Origin: an uncultured Candidatus Binatia bacterium
GTDB lineage: Bacteria; Desulfobacterota; Binatia; UBA9968; JAJDTQ01
Length of the DNA: 64,000 nt
Assembly (NCBI GenBank): GCA_965213675.1
Contig: OZ243916.1
Location: 1,792,001 to 1,856,000, forward strand
Reading direction: 5' to 3'
Part shown: piece by piece, positions 1-9,088 of the stretch
Layout: each line of letters opens with the position of its first letter
Position numbering within the stretch: the stretch's first letter is position 1
Program-made: the position numbers and the translations under genes
Notes under the pieces: model-generated
The model's input: only the letters and a program-made list of their open reading frames with translations
Database searches by the model: none
What the model was told of the DNA's origin: nothing

Positions 1-1
1 C

Positions 2-1255
2 ATCCCCCACGTCAAGGTGGACGCCTACACGGTCTACACCAACGCCGTGCCTGCGGGCGCGTTCCGGGGTTTCGGCACCTTGCAGGTCACCTGGGCGTAC
101 GAGTCGCAGATGGACATGATCGCGCGCCGCCTCGGCCTGGACCCGCTGGAGTTCCGCGTCCGCAACCTGATGAAGAAGGGCGGCCTCTTCACCAAGGGCG
201 ACAGCCCGGTGGACTGCGACCTGGAGGCGGGCCTGCGGCGCACCGCCAAGGCCCTGGGCTGGGGCAAGAAGAAGAAGGAACCGAACCGCGGCATGGGTCT
301 GGCCTGCTGCATGAAGGACGGCGGCGGCACGTACAAGGTGGCGTCGGCATCCATCAAGCTCAACTCCGACGGCAGCGCGGTGCTGTTCACCGGCACCGTG
401 GAGATCGGCCAGGGGTGCCGCACCGCCTTGGCGCAGGTGGCCGCGGAGGGGCTTTCCCTCCCCTACGAAGCGGTCACCGTGGCCCAGCTCGACACCGACT
501 CGACCCCGTACGACGCCGCCACCAACGCCAGCAGCTCCATGGTCATCATGGGCCTGTGCGTGGAACGGGCCGCCACCGAATTGAAGCGGCAACTGCGCCG
601 GGCCGCCGCCAGGCTGTTCAAGTGCAAGGCTGGGAAAGTCACGTTGAAGAATGGCCACGTCCACGCCGGCAAGGGTAAGCGCCTGAGCTATGAGGAGGTG
701 CTCAACCGCAACTTCGGGGCCAAGGGCGGCGAACTCCTGGCCAAGGGGACCTACCAGGACGTGCACAGCAAGAAGGCCGTGCTGGGCTCGCCCACCACCT
801 TCTGGGAAACGAGCTGGGGCGGCGCCGAAGTGGAAGTGGACCCGGACACCGGCGTGGTCAAGCTCCTCAAATACATCTCCACCGCCGACGTCGGCAAGGC
901 CATCCATCCGCTCCAGTGCGAGGGGCAGGACGAGGGCGGCGTCATGTTCGCCATCGGCCACTCGCTGATGGAGGAGATGCAGTACGACAACGGCCACCTG
1001 CTCAACCCGAACATCATCGACTACCGGCTGCCCACCTTCAAGGACATCCCCGGAACCTTCCACACCATCATGCTGGAAGACGCCAACGGCCCCGGCCCCT
1101 ATGGCTCCAAGGGACTCGGCGAAGGCGGCCTGATGCCCGTCTCCCCCGCCATCGGCAACGCCATCGAGGACGCCGTCGGTGTGCGTGTGCGCGACCTGCC
1201 CATCACGCCGGAGAGGATGTGGCGGGCGCTGCGGGAGAAGCGCGCGCGGGAATGA
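2..1255 (+). CDS. Xanthine dehydrogenase family molybdopterin-binding (large) subunit, 5'-truncated by window edge
   Basis: PAGAFRGFG, TVEIGQG, EGQDEGG and GSKGLGE motifs; frame open from window start. Confidence 0.92.
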   Translation: MPHVKVDAYTVYTNAVPAGAFRGFGTLQVTWAYESQMDMIARRLGLDPLEFRVRNLMKKGGLFTKGDSPVDCDLEAGLRRTAKALGWGKKKKEPNRGMGLACCMKDGGGTYKVASASIKLNSDGSAVLFTGTVEIGQGCRTALAQVAAEGLSLPYEAVTVAQLDTDSTPYDAATNASSSMVIMGLCVERAATELKRQLRRAAARLFKCKAGKVTLKNGHVHAGKGKRLSYEEVLNRNFGAKGGELLAKGTYQDVHSKKAVLGSPTTFWETSWGGAEVEVDPDTGVVKLLKYISTADVGKAIHPLQCEGQDEGGVMFAIGHSLMEEMQYDNGHLLNPNIIDYRLPTFKDIPGTFHTIMLEDANGPGPYGSKGLGEGGLMPVSPAIGNAIEDAVGVRVRDLPITPERMWRALREKRARE

Positions 1256-1546
1256 GTACCCCGTGGGCTGGCGGATTGATCGCTTTCAACGCACCAAGCG
1301 TCCTGCATTCCACGGCACCGGACTCGGAGTATGTCGGGGTAAATATTCGGTATCCCCCACACCGGGGACCGACAGAATTACCGCCCAAGAAATCAAACTG
1401 TCAGGTGGTATATGGATTTCAAGTGAGTGGGAACTGTCCAATGGCTAGTGTTGCGTTCCGAAAATACGTTGAAGATGCGCAGCAATGTCGGATGTGTATT
1501 GCCGAGCCCGGCAGGCGGGCAGGAGCCGGGGCAAGCAGCGGCTGGG

Positions 1547-2311
1547 TCAACCGGCGATCTTGAGGACCAAGGCTTTCGGCCCGGCGCCGTGCCAGGCATA
1601 GGAGCCGAGCGGCGTGTTGTGGACCTGGAAGCCTGCCTCCTCCAGGTGGGCGGCGGTTTCCGGGCAACCCTCCGGCAGGACCACGTTCCGGCCCGCGAAC
1701 AGCGCATTGCATCCCAGGCGCCGCGCATCACCCGCATCGACGGGGTGGGGCCGCGGCACGTGATCCTGGATTTCCTTCCGCGCGGCCGGGTCGAAAGCCT
1801 CCGGAAGAAACAGCGCGCTGCCGTCGCCCACCGGGCACAGGCAAGTGTCCAGGGGCCAGTTCCAGACGCTGGACAGGCCCAGAGAGCGGACCTCGCGGCC
1901 GAATATCCCCGAGACGGCTTCGTGGGCCGCCAAGTCGTCGTCCGAGCGGTATCCCGCGAACATGGTCCCGCCCACGACCACCAGATCCCGCTCGCCCTCG
2001 AAGCGACAGCCTTCCGAGAGCCCCGGCACGGCGTAACCCCGGACCAGAAAGAAGTTCTCCCACGCGTCGGCTTCGGGTCGCCTTGAGTTTTCCCGAAACC
2101 GGCTCACGATGAACGATTCGCCCCACACGAAGCCACCGCTGGCGGCCAGTACGAGCCTGGGCATGTCGGGCCTGGGCTCCAGCAAGTCAACCTCCACGTC
2201 CAGATCGTCGCGCAGGAGGCGGTAGAGGCCGCGCCATTCGGCCAGGACGGCGGAGGCATCCTCGCCGGGGTCGGGCTCGTAATGGAGCGGCGGGCACATC
2301 AGGACCTTCAC
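1547..2311 (-). CDS. Pentein (amidinotransferase/DDAH/arginine dihydrolase-like) protein, catalytic residues apparently substituted
   Basis: LMCPP, FEGERD, LDTCLCP, GCNA and GAGPKALVL motifs; GTG start preceded by AGGAG. Confidence 0.8.
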   Translation of the reverse strand: MKVLMCPPLHYEPDPGEDASAVLAEWRGLYRLLRDDLDVEVDLLEPRPDMPRLVLAASGGFVWGESFIVSRFRENSRRPEADAWENFFLVRGYAVPGLSEGCRFEGERDLVVVGGTMFAGYRSDDDLAAHEAVSGIFGREVRSLGLSSVWNWPLDTCLCPVGDGSALFLPEAFDPAARKEIQDHVPRPHPVDAGDARRLGCNALFAGRNVVLPEGCPETAAHLEEAGFQVHNTPLGSYAWHGAGPKALVLKIAG

Positions 2312-2338
2312 GGTGGACTCTCCTGATCCTGCCAGCCC

Positions 2339-3319
2339 TCAGCAGCCGTTCTCCGGGAACAGCCGGGCCACGTTCCCGCCCAGCAGCTTGCGCTTGACGG
2401 CCGCGCTGGCCTTGACTGCCTTGACGATGGCGACGGCGTCGCCGAGGCGGTCGATGGTTGGGAAGTCACTGCCCATGAGCACCTGATCCTCGCCCACCAT
2501 GTCCATGGCGAAGCGAACCTCGCCCGGACGCCAGAACGGCGGCGCGGTGTCGATGAAGAGGCGGTGCTGGAACTTGTCGAAGTAGCCCTGCTCGCGCTTG
2601 TCCCAGAAGGACGGGTTGAGGCGGTTGCGGAGCGCAAACCAAGCGCCGCCCAGGTGGGTGAAGACGAAGCGCAGTTTGGGGAACTTCTCCAGCGTGCCGC
2701 TCAGCATGAGGCGCACGATGTTGATGGTGTTGTCCATGGCGCGCCCGAGATTGCGGGTGAGGTTGAACTGCTCCATGCCGTGGGGGTGAGCCAGCGGCAA
2801 CTCCGAGGACGGATGCACGAAGATCGGGATGTCCAGATCGGAGACCAGGCGGTAGAAGGGGTGGTAGCGCCGGTCGTCCAGCAGCGCCCCGTGGATGTGC
2901 GTGTTGATGCCCACGCCGCGGAACCCCAGCTTCAACACCGCGCGCTTGAGTTCCCGGCGGCCGCCGGCCTCCAGCGCGGGCACGTGCGCCAGCGGGATGA
3001 TGCGGCCGGGGAACCGTGCCACGAGTCGGGCCATCTCGTCGTTGATGAAGCGCGCCGCGGGAACGTCGATCCAGTCGAGCCAGCAGCCCACGTGAAGCAC
3101 GGCCTGGTCCACGCCCACCCGGTCCATCTCCTCGATCTGCGCGGTCATGTCCGCAGTCATGGCGGGGGGTCCGAAAAGCTGCACCCCTTCCCGGCGGATG
3201 GCGAGCCGGTCCGGCCGCCGCACAACCGTCTCCCCAGCACGGATCAGCGGTTCCGGGTGCCGGTAATGTACCTCGGGCATCCAGTGATGATGCGCGTCGA
3301 TGATCAGCGTCTTCGCCAT
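2339..3319 (-). CDS. Amidohydrolase_2 family protein (ACMSD/decarboxylase-like)
   Basis: IIDAHHH, FVHP, THLGG and MGSDFP motifs; AGGAGG before ATG 3319. Confidence 0.9.
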   Translation of the reverse strand: MAKTLIIDAHHHWMPEVHYRHPEPLIRAGETVVRRPDRLAIRREGVQLFGPPAMTADMTAQIEEMDRVGVDQAVLHVGCWLDWIDVPAARFINDEMARLVARFPGRIIPLAHVPALEAGGRRELKRAVLKLGFRGVGINTHIHGALLDDRRYHPFYRLVSDLDIPIFVHPSSELPLAHPHGMEQFNLTRNLGRAMDNTINIVRLMLSGTLEKFPKLRFVFTHLGGAWFALRNRLNPSFWDKREQGYFDKFQHRLFIDTAPPFWRPGEVRFAMDMVGEDQVLMGSDFPTIDRLGDAVAIVKAVKASAAVKRKLLGGNVARLFPENGC

Positions 3320-3379
3320 GGAGCCTCCTGGGAGCCTGCGCCGCAGGAATTCGCGAAAGCGACAATTCGCCATCGCCAT

Positions 3380-3443
3380 CCCTTCGGCCGGTCGATTGAG
3401 AAAAATATCATGTCAAATTTGACGAAATCGACCGGCCGAAGGG
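3380..3443. repeat. 18-bp perfect inverted repeat enclosing an AT-rich loop with palindrome GTCAAATTTGAC
   Basis: CCCTTCGGCCGGTCGATT (3380-3397) / AATCGACCGGCCGAAGGG (3426-3443); inner palindrome 3412-3423. Confidence 0.8.
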
Positions 3444-3490
3444 GCGGATGAGAGCGGTTCTGCAGCCGTGAATTCCGGCGGCGCAAGCTC

Positions 3491-3655
3491 CTGGTGTGGT
3501 GTCTGGTTAATTCGCGTCATAATCTGCGGGTCTTTTTCGCCGTCGGCTGCGTTGTTCTTCCTCGCGTGGTACACGCCACTGCTCGTCATCGCGCCTTGCC
3601 GACAACAAAAAATCCTCCGCAGATTATGACCCGAATTAACCAGACACCACACTAG
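3491..3655 (-). mobile_element. MITE copy A (165 bp, 35-bp TIRs, CTGG/CTAG ends)
   Basis: TIR TGTGGTGTCTGGTTAATTCGCGTCATAATCTGCGG at both ends (1 mismatch); near-identical inverted copy at 11698-11862; no coding capacity. Confidence 0.9.
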
Positions 3656-4938
3656 GCATCCGCCCCTTTGCTCGGGGCGACGATCCAGATGCACGCCAAC
3701 GATAGCACACACAGCACGATACCGATCCAGCACGAGCTGGCATAGCTGCCTGAGAGGTCGTGGAGGTAGCCCGCCAGCCAAGGGCCGATACCCGCGCCCA
3801 TGCCGATACTGAAAGCCAGAAAGCCGATGATCGAGCCGAAATGCTCGCCATGAAAAATATCCGCGGCGATGGTCGGATAGAGCCCTTGGCGCGACCCGAA
3901 ACCCACGGCGAACAGCGGCGGGTAAAGCGACGCCACGAAAATCTCCGACATCCCCTCGAGGTTGAGGATGAACAGGATGCCGCCCACCAAGGCCAGACTG
4001 CCGATGGTGTAGGCTCGCTCGCTGCCGATGCGGTCCGAGAGCGTTCCCATGCCGATCATGGTGAAGGTGGTGAACAACCCGGTGAGGCCCAGTACCCAGG
4101 CTCCGAACTCCCGCGAGAGTCCGGCGTCCACCATGGCGGCCACCTGATGCACCAACACCATGTGCACGGGGATGGCGCCCAGCACAAACCCCCCGGCCAG
4201 CGCCCAGAACCGGTAGTTGCGCAACGCCGCAGCGAGAGTCACGCCGCCCTCGCGCGCCCGGCGCGGACCTCCGCTTGCCGCGGCCGTGGTCACGCCGAAG
4301 TCCGGCAGCAGTCCCATGTCCTGCGGCCGGCGCCGTTGGAAAAGCACGTTGAGCGGCACCACCGCCGCCACCATCAGGCCGGCCAGCATCAGATACGCGT
4401 TGCGCCAGCCGAATGCGCCGATCAGCCACTCCGCGGCCGGCACCACCAGAAAGATGCCGGCGCCGATGCCCGAAGCCGCAAGGCCCATGGCCATGCCGCG
4501 CTTGCGAACGAACCAGTTGCTGATGACCGTGGCCTGCGACGTCATGGGCAGCGCGGCGAAACCGAAGCCCACCAGAAGCCCCATGCCCAGGTAGTAGTGC
4601 CAGACGGCCTGCGTCATGGCGCTGACGATGAAACCTGCGGCCATGAGACCGGCGCCCGCCGGGAACACGAACCTGGGGCCGAGCCGGTCCAGCATCTGCC
4701 CCCACACCGGCGCGGAAACGGTCCATGCCACCGAGCCGAGGGTCAGCGCGCCCGCGGCCAGGCCGCGGCTCCACTGAAACTCCTCGATAACCGCCACGAA
4801 GAAGAGCGCGAAAGCGGCGCGGCACCCGAAGGCGGCGGCGACGGTCGTGAACGAGATACCAAGGACCACCCACGGGTAGGCGCGGTTGAGCCGTGCCGTG
4901 CGCGCGGCGGGCGCGGGATCGGGATCCCGTGCGCTCAA
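3652..4938 (-). CDS. MFS transporter (OFA/MCT-like, 12 TMS)
   Basis: GQMLDRLGPR and GTLSDRIGSE motif-A loops, NWFVRKRGMAMG; TAG stop lies in the MITE CTAG. Confidence 0.9.
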   Translation of the reverse strand: MSARDPDPAPAARTARLNRAYPWVVLGISFTTVAAAFGCRAAFALFFVAVIEEFQWSRGLAAGALTLGSVAWTVSAPVWGQMLDRLGPRFVFPAGAGLMAAGFIVSAMTQAVWHYYLGMGLLVGFGFAALPMTSQATVISNWFVRKRGMAMGLAASGIGAGIFLVVPAAEWLIGAFGWRNAYLMLAGLMVAAVVPLNVLFQRRRPQDMGLLPDFGVTTAAASGGPRRAREGGVTLAAALRNYRFWALAGGFVLGAIPVHMVLVHQVAAMVDAGLSREFGAWVLGLTGLFTTFTMIGMGTLSDRIGSERAYTIGSLALVGGILFILNLEGMSEIFVASLYPPLFAVGFGSRQGLYPTIAADIFHGEHFGSIIGFLAFSIGMGAGIGPWLAGYLHDLSGSYASSCWIGIVLCVLSLACIWIVAPSKGADA

Positions 4939-4974
4939 CCGACAGTTCCCCCAGCGGCCGAAACAGGCATCCGG

Positions 4975-6054
4975 CTACGCCAGTCTGGGAACAATTTCGT
5001 CGCTCAGGAACCGGATCACAGAGGCGTAGTCGCGGCCGAGCTTGGCGAACGAGATCTGTTGAAACCCGAGGCGCTCGGCCTCGGCGGCCAGCTCCATGAT
5101 GGGCTCCACACAGTCCGAAGGCCTTCCGGCGACGAAGCAGGCGCGCGGCATGGCGTCGGTCACGAGCTCCCGCGAAGCCTGCTCGATGGTCATGCCTGAA
5201 TGAAGCGCCTCGCGAATGCGGTTGACCCGATCATGGTCGATGCCGATGCGTTCGAACTCCTCGGGGCTGTACCCCAGGGCCTGGAGGCTCACCATGTGAT
5301 GGGCCGCGTACTTCCTGGCCTCGGCCAGCGCCTCCTCGGGTTCTTCCGACACCGCGAGGTTGATCTCGCAGACCTTGCGCAGCTTCTTGTCCGGATCCAC
5401 GGCGCGCGCGGCCGCGTCCGCCCCCGCCATGGCCTGCTCCAACCGCCCGAGCTTGTGCATGGAGATGAAGTACCCGCCCATGAGCACCCCTTCCATGGTC
5501 TCGCCCGCTATGGCCAGGAAGCGCGGCCCCACGCCGCCGCCGTAGAAGCGCACGGGCGCCGCCGGCGGCCGCACCAGTTCGATGTGTCCACGAGGGTTCA
5601 TGTGGAAGTAGTCGCACAGGGCAGGATATGCCTCGAACTGGACGTGTTCGCCGCGGAACAACGCGCCGAGGAAACCCACCGTTTCCCGCACGATGCGAAA
5701 CGGCTGCGCCATCTCCAGATACTGCGGCACCTGCCCCTTGCTGCCCTTGGCGATGCCGAGGCTGATCTCACGCCCCTCGGTGAGTTCCGAAATGGCCAGA
5801 ACGGCGTCGGCCACGTCGATGGGATTGCGGAAGTAGGGCACCAGGATGGCGGTGCCGACCTTGAGGGGGGCGCGCGCGGCGATGGCCGTGGCGACGCTCA
5901 GGACGTTGCGGTAGCGGAGCGAATCGCTGAGCCAGACCTGCTTGAAGCCCCTTTCGGCGCCAAGCCCGGCCAACTCCATCAAATCCCTCGTGGTGTAGTA
6001 AGAAGCCGCCTGCAGCACGAACTGGAGTCCGAACTCCCCCGAGAAAATCGCCAT
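4975..6054 (-). CDS. Luciferase-like monooxygenase (LLM) class oxidoreductase, Mer-like (possibly F420-dependent)
   Basis: AERGFKQVWLSD, VGTAILVPYFRNP, GREISLGIAKG and GVGPRFLAIAGE; purine-rich SD before ATG 6054. Confidence 0.85.
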   Translation of the reverse strand: MAIFSGEFGLQFVLQAASYYTTRDLMELAGLGAERGFKQVWLSDSLRYRNVLSVATAIAARAPLKVGTAILVPYFRNPIDVADAVLAISELTEGREISLGIAKGSKGQVPQYLEMAQPFRIVRETVGFLGALFRGEHVQFEAYPALCDYFHMNPRGHIELVRPPAAPVRFYGGGVGPRFLAIAGETMEGVLMGGYFISMHKLGRLEQAMAGADAAARAVDPDKKLRKVCEINLAVSEEPEEALAEARKYAAHHMVSLQALGYSPEEFERIGIDHDRVNRIREALHSGMTIEQASRELVTDAMPRACFVAGRPSDCVEPIMELAAEAERLGFQQISFAKLGRDYASVIRFLSDEIVPRLA

Positions 6055-6208
6055 CCCCTCCCCCTTTCGGCCTGTCACTCGATTCGGGATGTATCCCGAT
6101 TCCCACGCGGCCTGCAAGGCCACGGCCATCGGTCCGGGCCGGGACGACGGGTTCGAATCACGCGGCCGGGATTCACGACACCGGGAGGCGGCAGGATTCG
6201 GGTCCAGG

Positions 6209-6232
6209 GCAGGGGCAACCGGCCGGTCGCCC
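6209..6232 (+). repeat. REP-like palindrome, GYAGGGGCGACCGGCCGGTCGCCC family
   Basis: GCAGGGGCAACCGGCCGGTCGCCC; relatives at 20184, 22135 and 49306. Confidence 0.6.
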
Positions 6233-6323
6233 TTGGGACGGGCGCCCGTACAGGCGTGGCCGGCGCTCGCCCCTGTACGGGTGCCGTGCCTGGCGGCACA
6301 TCCCCGAGTACTGGCGCAAGCTC

Positions 6324-7220
6324 TCAGGTGCCGGCGGCGTGGCGTTCTTCCTGGAGCGCGGCGATGCGGTCCTCGATGGGCGGATGGCTGGCGAACAGCA
6401 TCTTCAGGCCGCCCTTGCGGACACCGGAGATACCCATGGCCGCGAGCTGTTCGGGCATGTGTTCGGGCTCCACGCTCCGCTGGAGGGCCTGCAACGCGCC
6501 GATCATGCTGGCCTTGCCGGCCAGGTAGGCGCCGCCGGCGTCGGCCCGGTACTCGCGCCGTCGGGAATACCAGGAAACCACCATGCTGGCCAGGATACCG
6601 AGCAGGATCTGCGTGACGATCACGGTGACGAAGTAGCCCATGCCGTAGCCCCCTTCGCCGTCCCGGTGGAGCGCACGGTCCACTATGTATCCGATCACCC
6701 GGGACAGGAAGATCACGAAGGTGTTGAGAACGCCCTGGAGCAGGGTCAGCGTCACCATGTCGCCGTTGGCGATGTGGCTCACCTCGTGGCCCACCACGGC
6801 CGCCGCCTGTTCCGAATTCATGGACCGCAAGAGGCCCGTGCTCACCGCCACCAGGGAATTGTTCCGGCTCGGGCCGGTGGCAAAGGCATTGGGCTCCGGG
6901 GAATCGTAGATCGCCACCTCGGGCATGGCGATGTTCGCGGCCCGGGCGTGGTTCTGCACGGTGTTGACAAGCCAGCTTTCGGTGTTGTTCCGGGGTTCAT
7001 CGATGACCGTCAAGCCCATCCATCTCTTGGCTGTCCACTTGGAGATGGCCAGGGAGATGAAGGCGCCGCCCATGCCGAAGATGAAGGAGAACGCCAACAG
7101 TGGCCAGAAGTCGATGCCCTTTTGATGAAGCAGCCCGTCAAGGCCGAGTACACGGAGCGCAACGGCCAACACGAACAGTATTGCAAGGTTGGTGATCAGA
7201 AAAAGAAAAACGCGTTTCAT
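6324..7220 (-). CDS. htpX: Protease HtpX (M48 zinc metalloprotease)
   Basis: MKRVFLFLITNLAI N-terminus, PNAFATG, HEVSH, SRRREYRAD and SHPPIEDRI; true start ATG 7220 lies within the 730-aa ORF. Confidence 0.95.
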   Translation of the reverse strand: MKRVFLFLITNLAILFVLAVALRVLGLDGLLHQKGIDFWPLLAFSFIFGMGGAFISLAISKWTAKRWMGLTVIDEPRNNTESWLVNTVQNHARAANIAMPEVAIYDSPEPNAFATGPSRNNSLVAVSTGLLRSMNSEQAAAVVGHEVSHIANGDMVTLTLLQGVLNTFVIFLSRVIGYIVDRALHRDGEGGYGMGYFVTVIVTQILLGILASMVVSWYSRRREYRADAGGAYLAGKASMIGALQALQRSVEPEHMPEQLAAMGISGVRKGGLKMLFASHPPIEDRIAALQEERHAAGT

Positions 7221-7360
7221 AAACCTGTTCCCTTCCTCTCGCGGATATCCTTCCTGCGTTTCAATCGACAATCTCAATCTACAATGCGGATCGTGCCGGA
7301 TCAATTCGGTGGCGCGGGCGCAGGAAAACCCGACCGTCGCCAACGGCGTATCGAGGCGCC

Positions 7361-8575
7361 CTACTCGATCCCGCGCACCGCCGGCAGACGCGCCAGACCG
7401 TACAAGCCCAGCGCCGCCACCAGGAAACCGCCCAAGGCCACGGCCGTGGGGGCGCCGGCGTACTCGGCCACGGTGCCGGAAATGGCGCCGCCCAGGGGCA
7501 TGAGATCCCAAGTGAGGCCGAAGAGCCCCAGCACCCGGCCGCGCAGGTCGTTGGGCAGGTTCAGTTGGAGGATGGTGTTGATGGACGTGAGATAGATCTG
7601 GTTGAACAGGCCCAGGAAGAAGATCAGGCCAAGGGACAGCGCGAACGACGCGGAGTAGGCGAACAGCATGAGCAGCGCGCCGAAGATCGCCGATCCCACC
7701 AGCACCTGCCAGCCCCGGCGTCCAGCTTGGGCCAGCCAGGCGACGATCAGGGTGCCGATGAGCGCGCCCACGCCGGAGCACGACTGGAGTAGCCCGAAGC
7801 CGCGCGAGTCCACGACCAGGATGGTGCGCGCGAACACCGGCAGCAGGATCACGTAGGACATGCCGAACAGGCTGTTGAAGCACGTGAGCCCGAGCAGGCT
7901 GTAGAAGAGTGGGTTGCGGCGCACGAAATCGAGGCCGGCGAGGATGTTGCGCCACACGCCGCCCTGGGGCTGTCCGGCCACGGGGCGGGACCGGATGAAC
8001 GCCCACAGCGCCACCGCCGCCGCCGAGCTCACGAAACAGGCGATGAAGGTATGGCCCACGCCGAACCAATGGATCAGAAGGCCGGCGAGGCCGGGACCCA
8101 CCAGGCGGCAGGCCTGCCACACCGAACTGCCCAGCGCCACCGCGTTGGCGATTTCCTCCCGCGGCACCATCTCCGGCAGCAGCGCGTAGCGGCTGGGGCG
8201 GTCGAACGACCGCATCAAGCCCGAATTGAATGCGAACACGAGCACGTGCCAGAACGCGACGCGCTCGGTCAGAACCAGCAGGCCCAGCACCAGATAGGCC
8301 AGCGCCAGCAGCGACTGGGTGCACACCATGATGCGGCGCTTGTCGGCGCGGTCGGCGACGGCGCCGCCCACCAGCACCAGCGACACGCGCGGCACCGCGT
8401 AGACGATCCCGGCCACCCCCAGCATCAACGGCGAATCCGTCAGCAGGAACACCAGCCACGCCTGCGCGGCCATCTCCATGTTCAGCGCCAGCACGGAGGA
8501 GAGCTGGCCCAGCCAATAGAGACGGTAGTTGCGGTAGCGCAACCCGGCGAACAGCCGGCGCAGCAGGTCTCCCAT
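7361..8575 (-). CDS. MFS transporter (MFS_3/DUF894-like)
   Basis: LRYRNYRLYWLGQ, GAVADRADKRR and LRGRVLG; ~12 hydrophobic segments; start ATG 8575. Confidence 0.88.
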   Translation of the reverse strand: MGDLLRRLFAGLRYRNYRLYWLGQLSSVLALNMEMAAQAWLVFLLTDSPLMLGVAGIVYAVPRVSLVLVGGAVADRADKRRIMVCTQSLLALAYLVLGLLVLTERVAFWHVLVFAFNSGLMRSFDRPSRYALLPEMVPREEIANAVALGSSVWQACRLVGPGLAGLLIHWFGVGHTFIACFVSSAAAVALWAFIRSRPVAGQPQGGVWRNILAGLDFVRRNPLFYSLLGLTCFNSLFGMSYVILLPVFARTILVVDSRGFGLLQSCSGVGALIGTLIVAWLAQAGRRGWQVLVGSAIFGALLMLFAYSASFALSLGLIFFLGLFNQIYLTSINTILQLNLPNDLRGRVLGLFGLTWDLMPLGGAISGTVAEYAGAPTAVALGGFLVAALGLYGLARLPAVRGIE

Positions 8576-8673
8576 GGCCGGTTCAGTGACCGCGGGCCCT
8601 TGGAGGGTGGGACCCGGCGCGACCACCCCGCGGAGAAATCCGGGGTGCGGACGCGAGTCGTCGGCTGCGGGCC

Positions 8674-8940
8674 TCAGAGCGCATCGTTCGGCCGCGGAGC
8701 AGGGCGCGAGGCGCGCTCCATGCGTCCCAACAACAGCAGCAGGAACGCGGCGCTGAACGATACCGTGGCAATGAGCAGCGCCACGCCCGCCTGCGCCGTG
8801 TGGACCGTGCTTTGGGCACTCAGGGCGACCACCGCCGCGTACGCGCCGTAACCCGCGGTCATCGCGCCCCAGGCGAACAGGACCATTGCCGCGAAAGCCG
8901 CCATGCAGCGGAACGTCACACAAAGGCCCAGGCGAGTCAA
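8674..8940 (-). CDS. Small hypothetical membrane protein (2 TM)
   Basis: 88-aa ORF with two hydrophobic stretches filling the intergenic gap, co-directional with the MFS; TTG start uncertain. Confidence 0.45.
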   Translation of the reverse strand: MTRLGLCVTFRCMAAFAAMVLFAWGAMTAGYGAYAAVVALSAQSTVHTAQAGVALLIATVSFSAAFLLLLLGRMERASRPAPRPNDAL

Positions 8941-9088
8941 TCTGGACCCGCTCGCGCAAACTTGTTAGTGTCCTCTTTCAGACGTTTCCTTCAGGATGCC
9001 GCGCGGCGCGCGCCGCGCCGGCCCTTCGCCGGCCCTTCAAAGGCACGCGAGGAAGACCTCCGGGACATCCGCACCGAGGCTTGAACAC

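Noticed and set aside
6324-8516. 730-aa HtpX fusion; similarly extended ORFs 12698-14695, 18626-20179 and 48982-50616
   Set aside because: The N-terminal extensions are off-frame overlaps of upstream genes; internal starts (SD-preceded or abutting the upstream stop) give normal-length proteins
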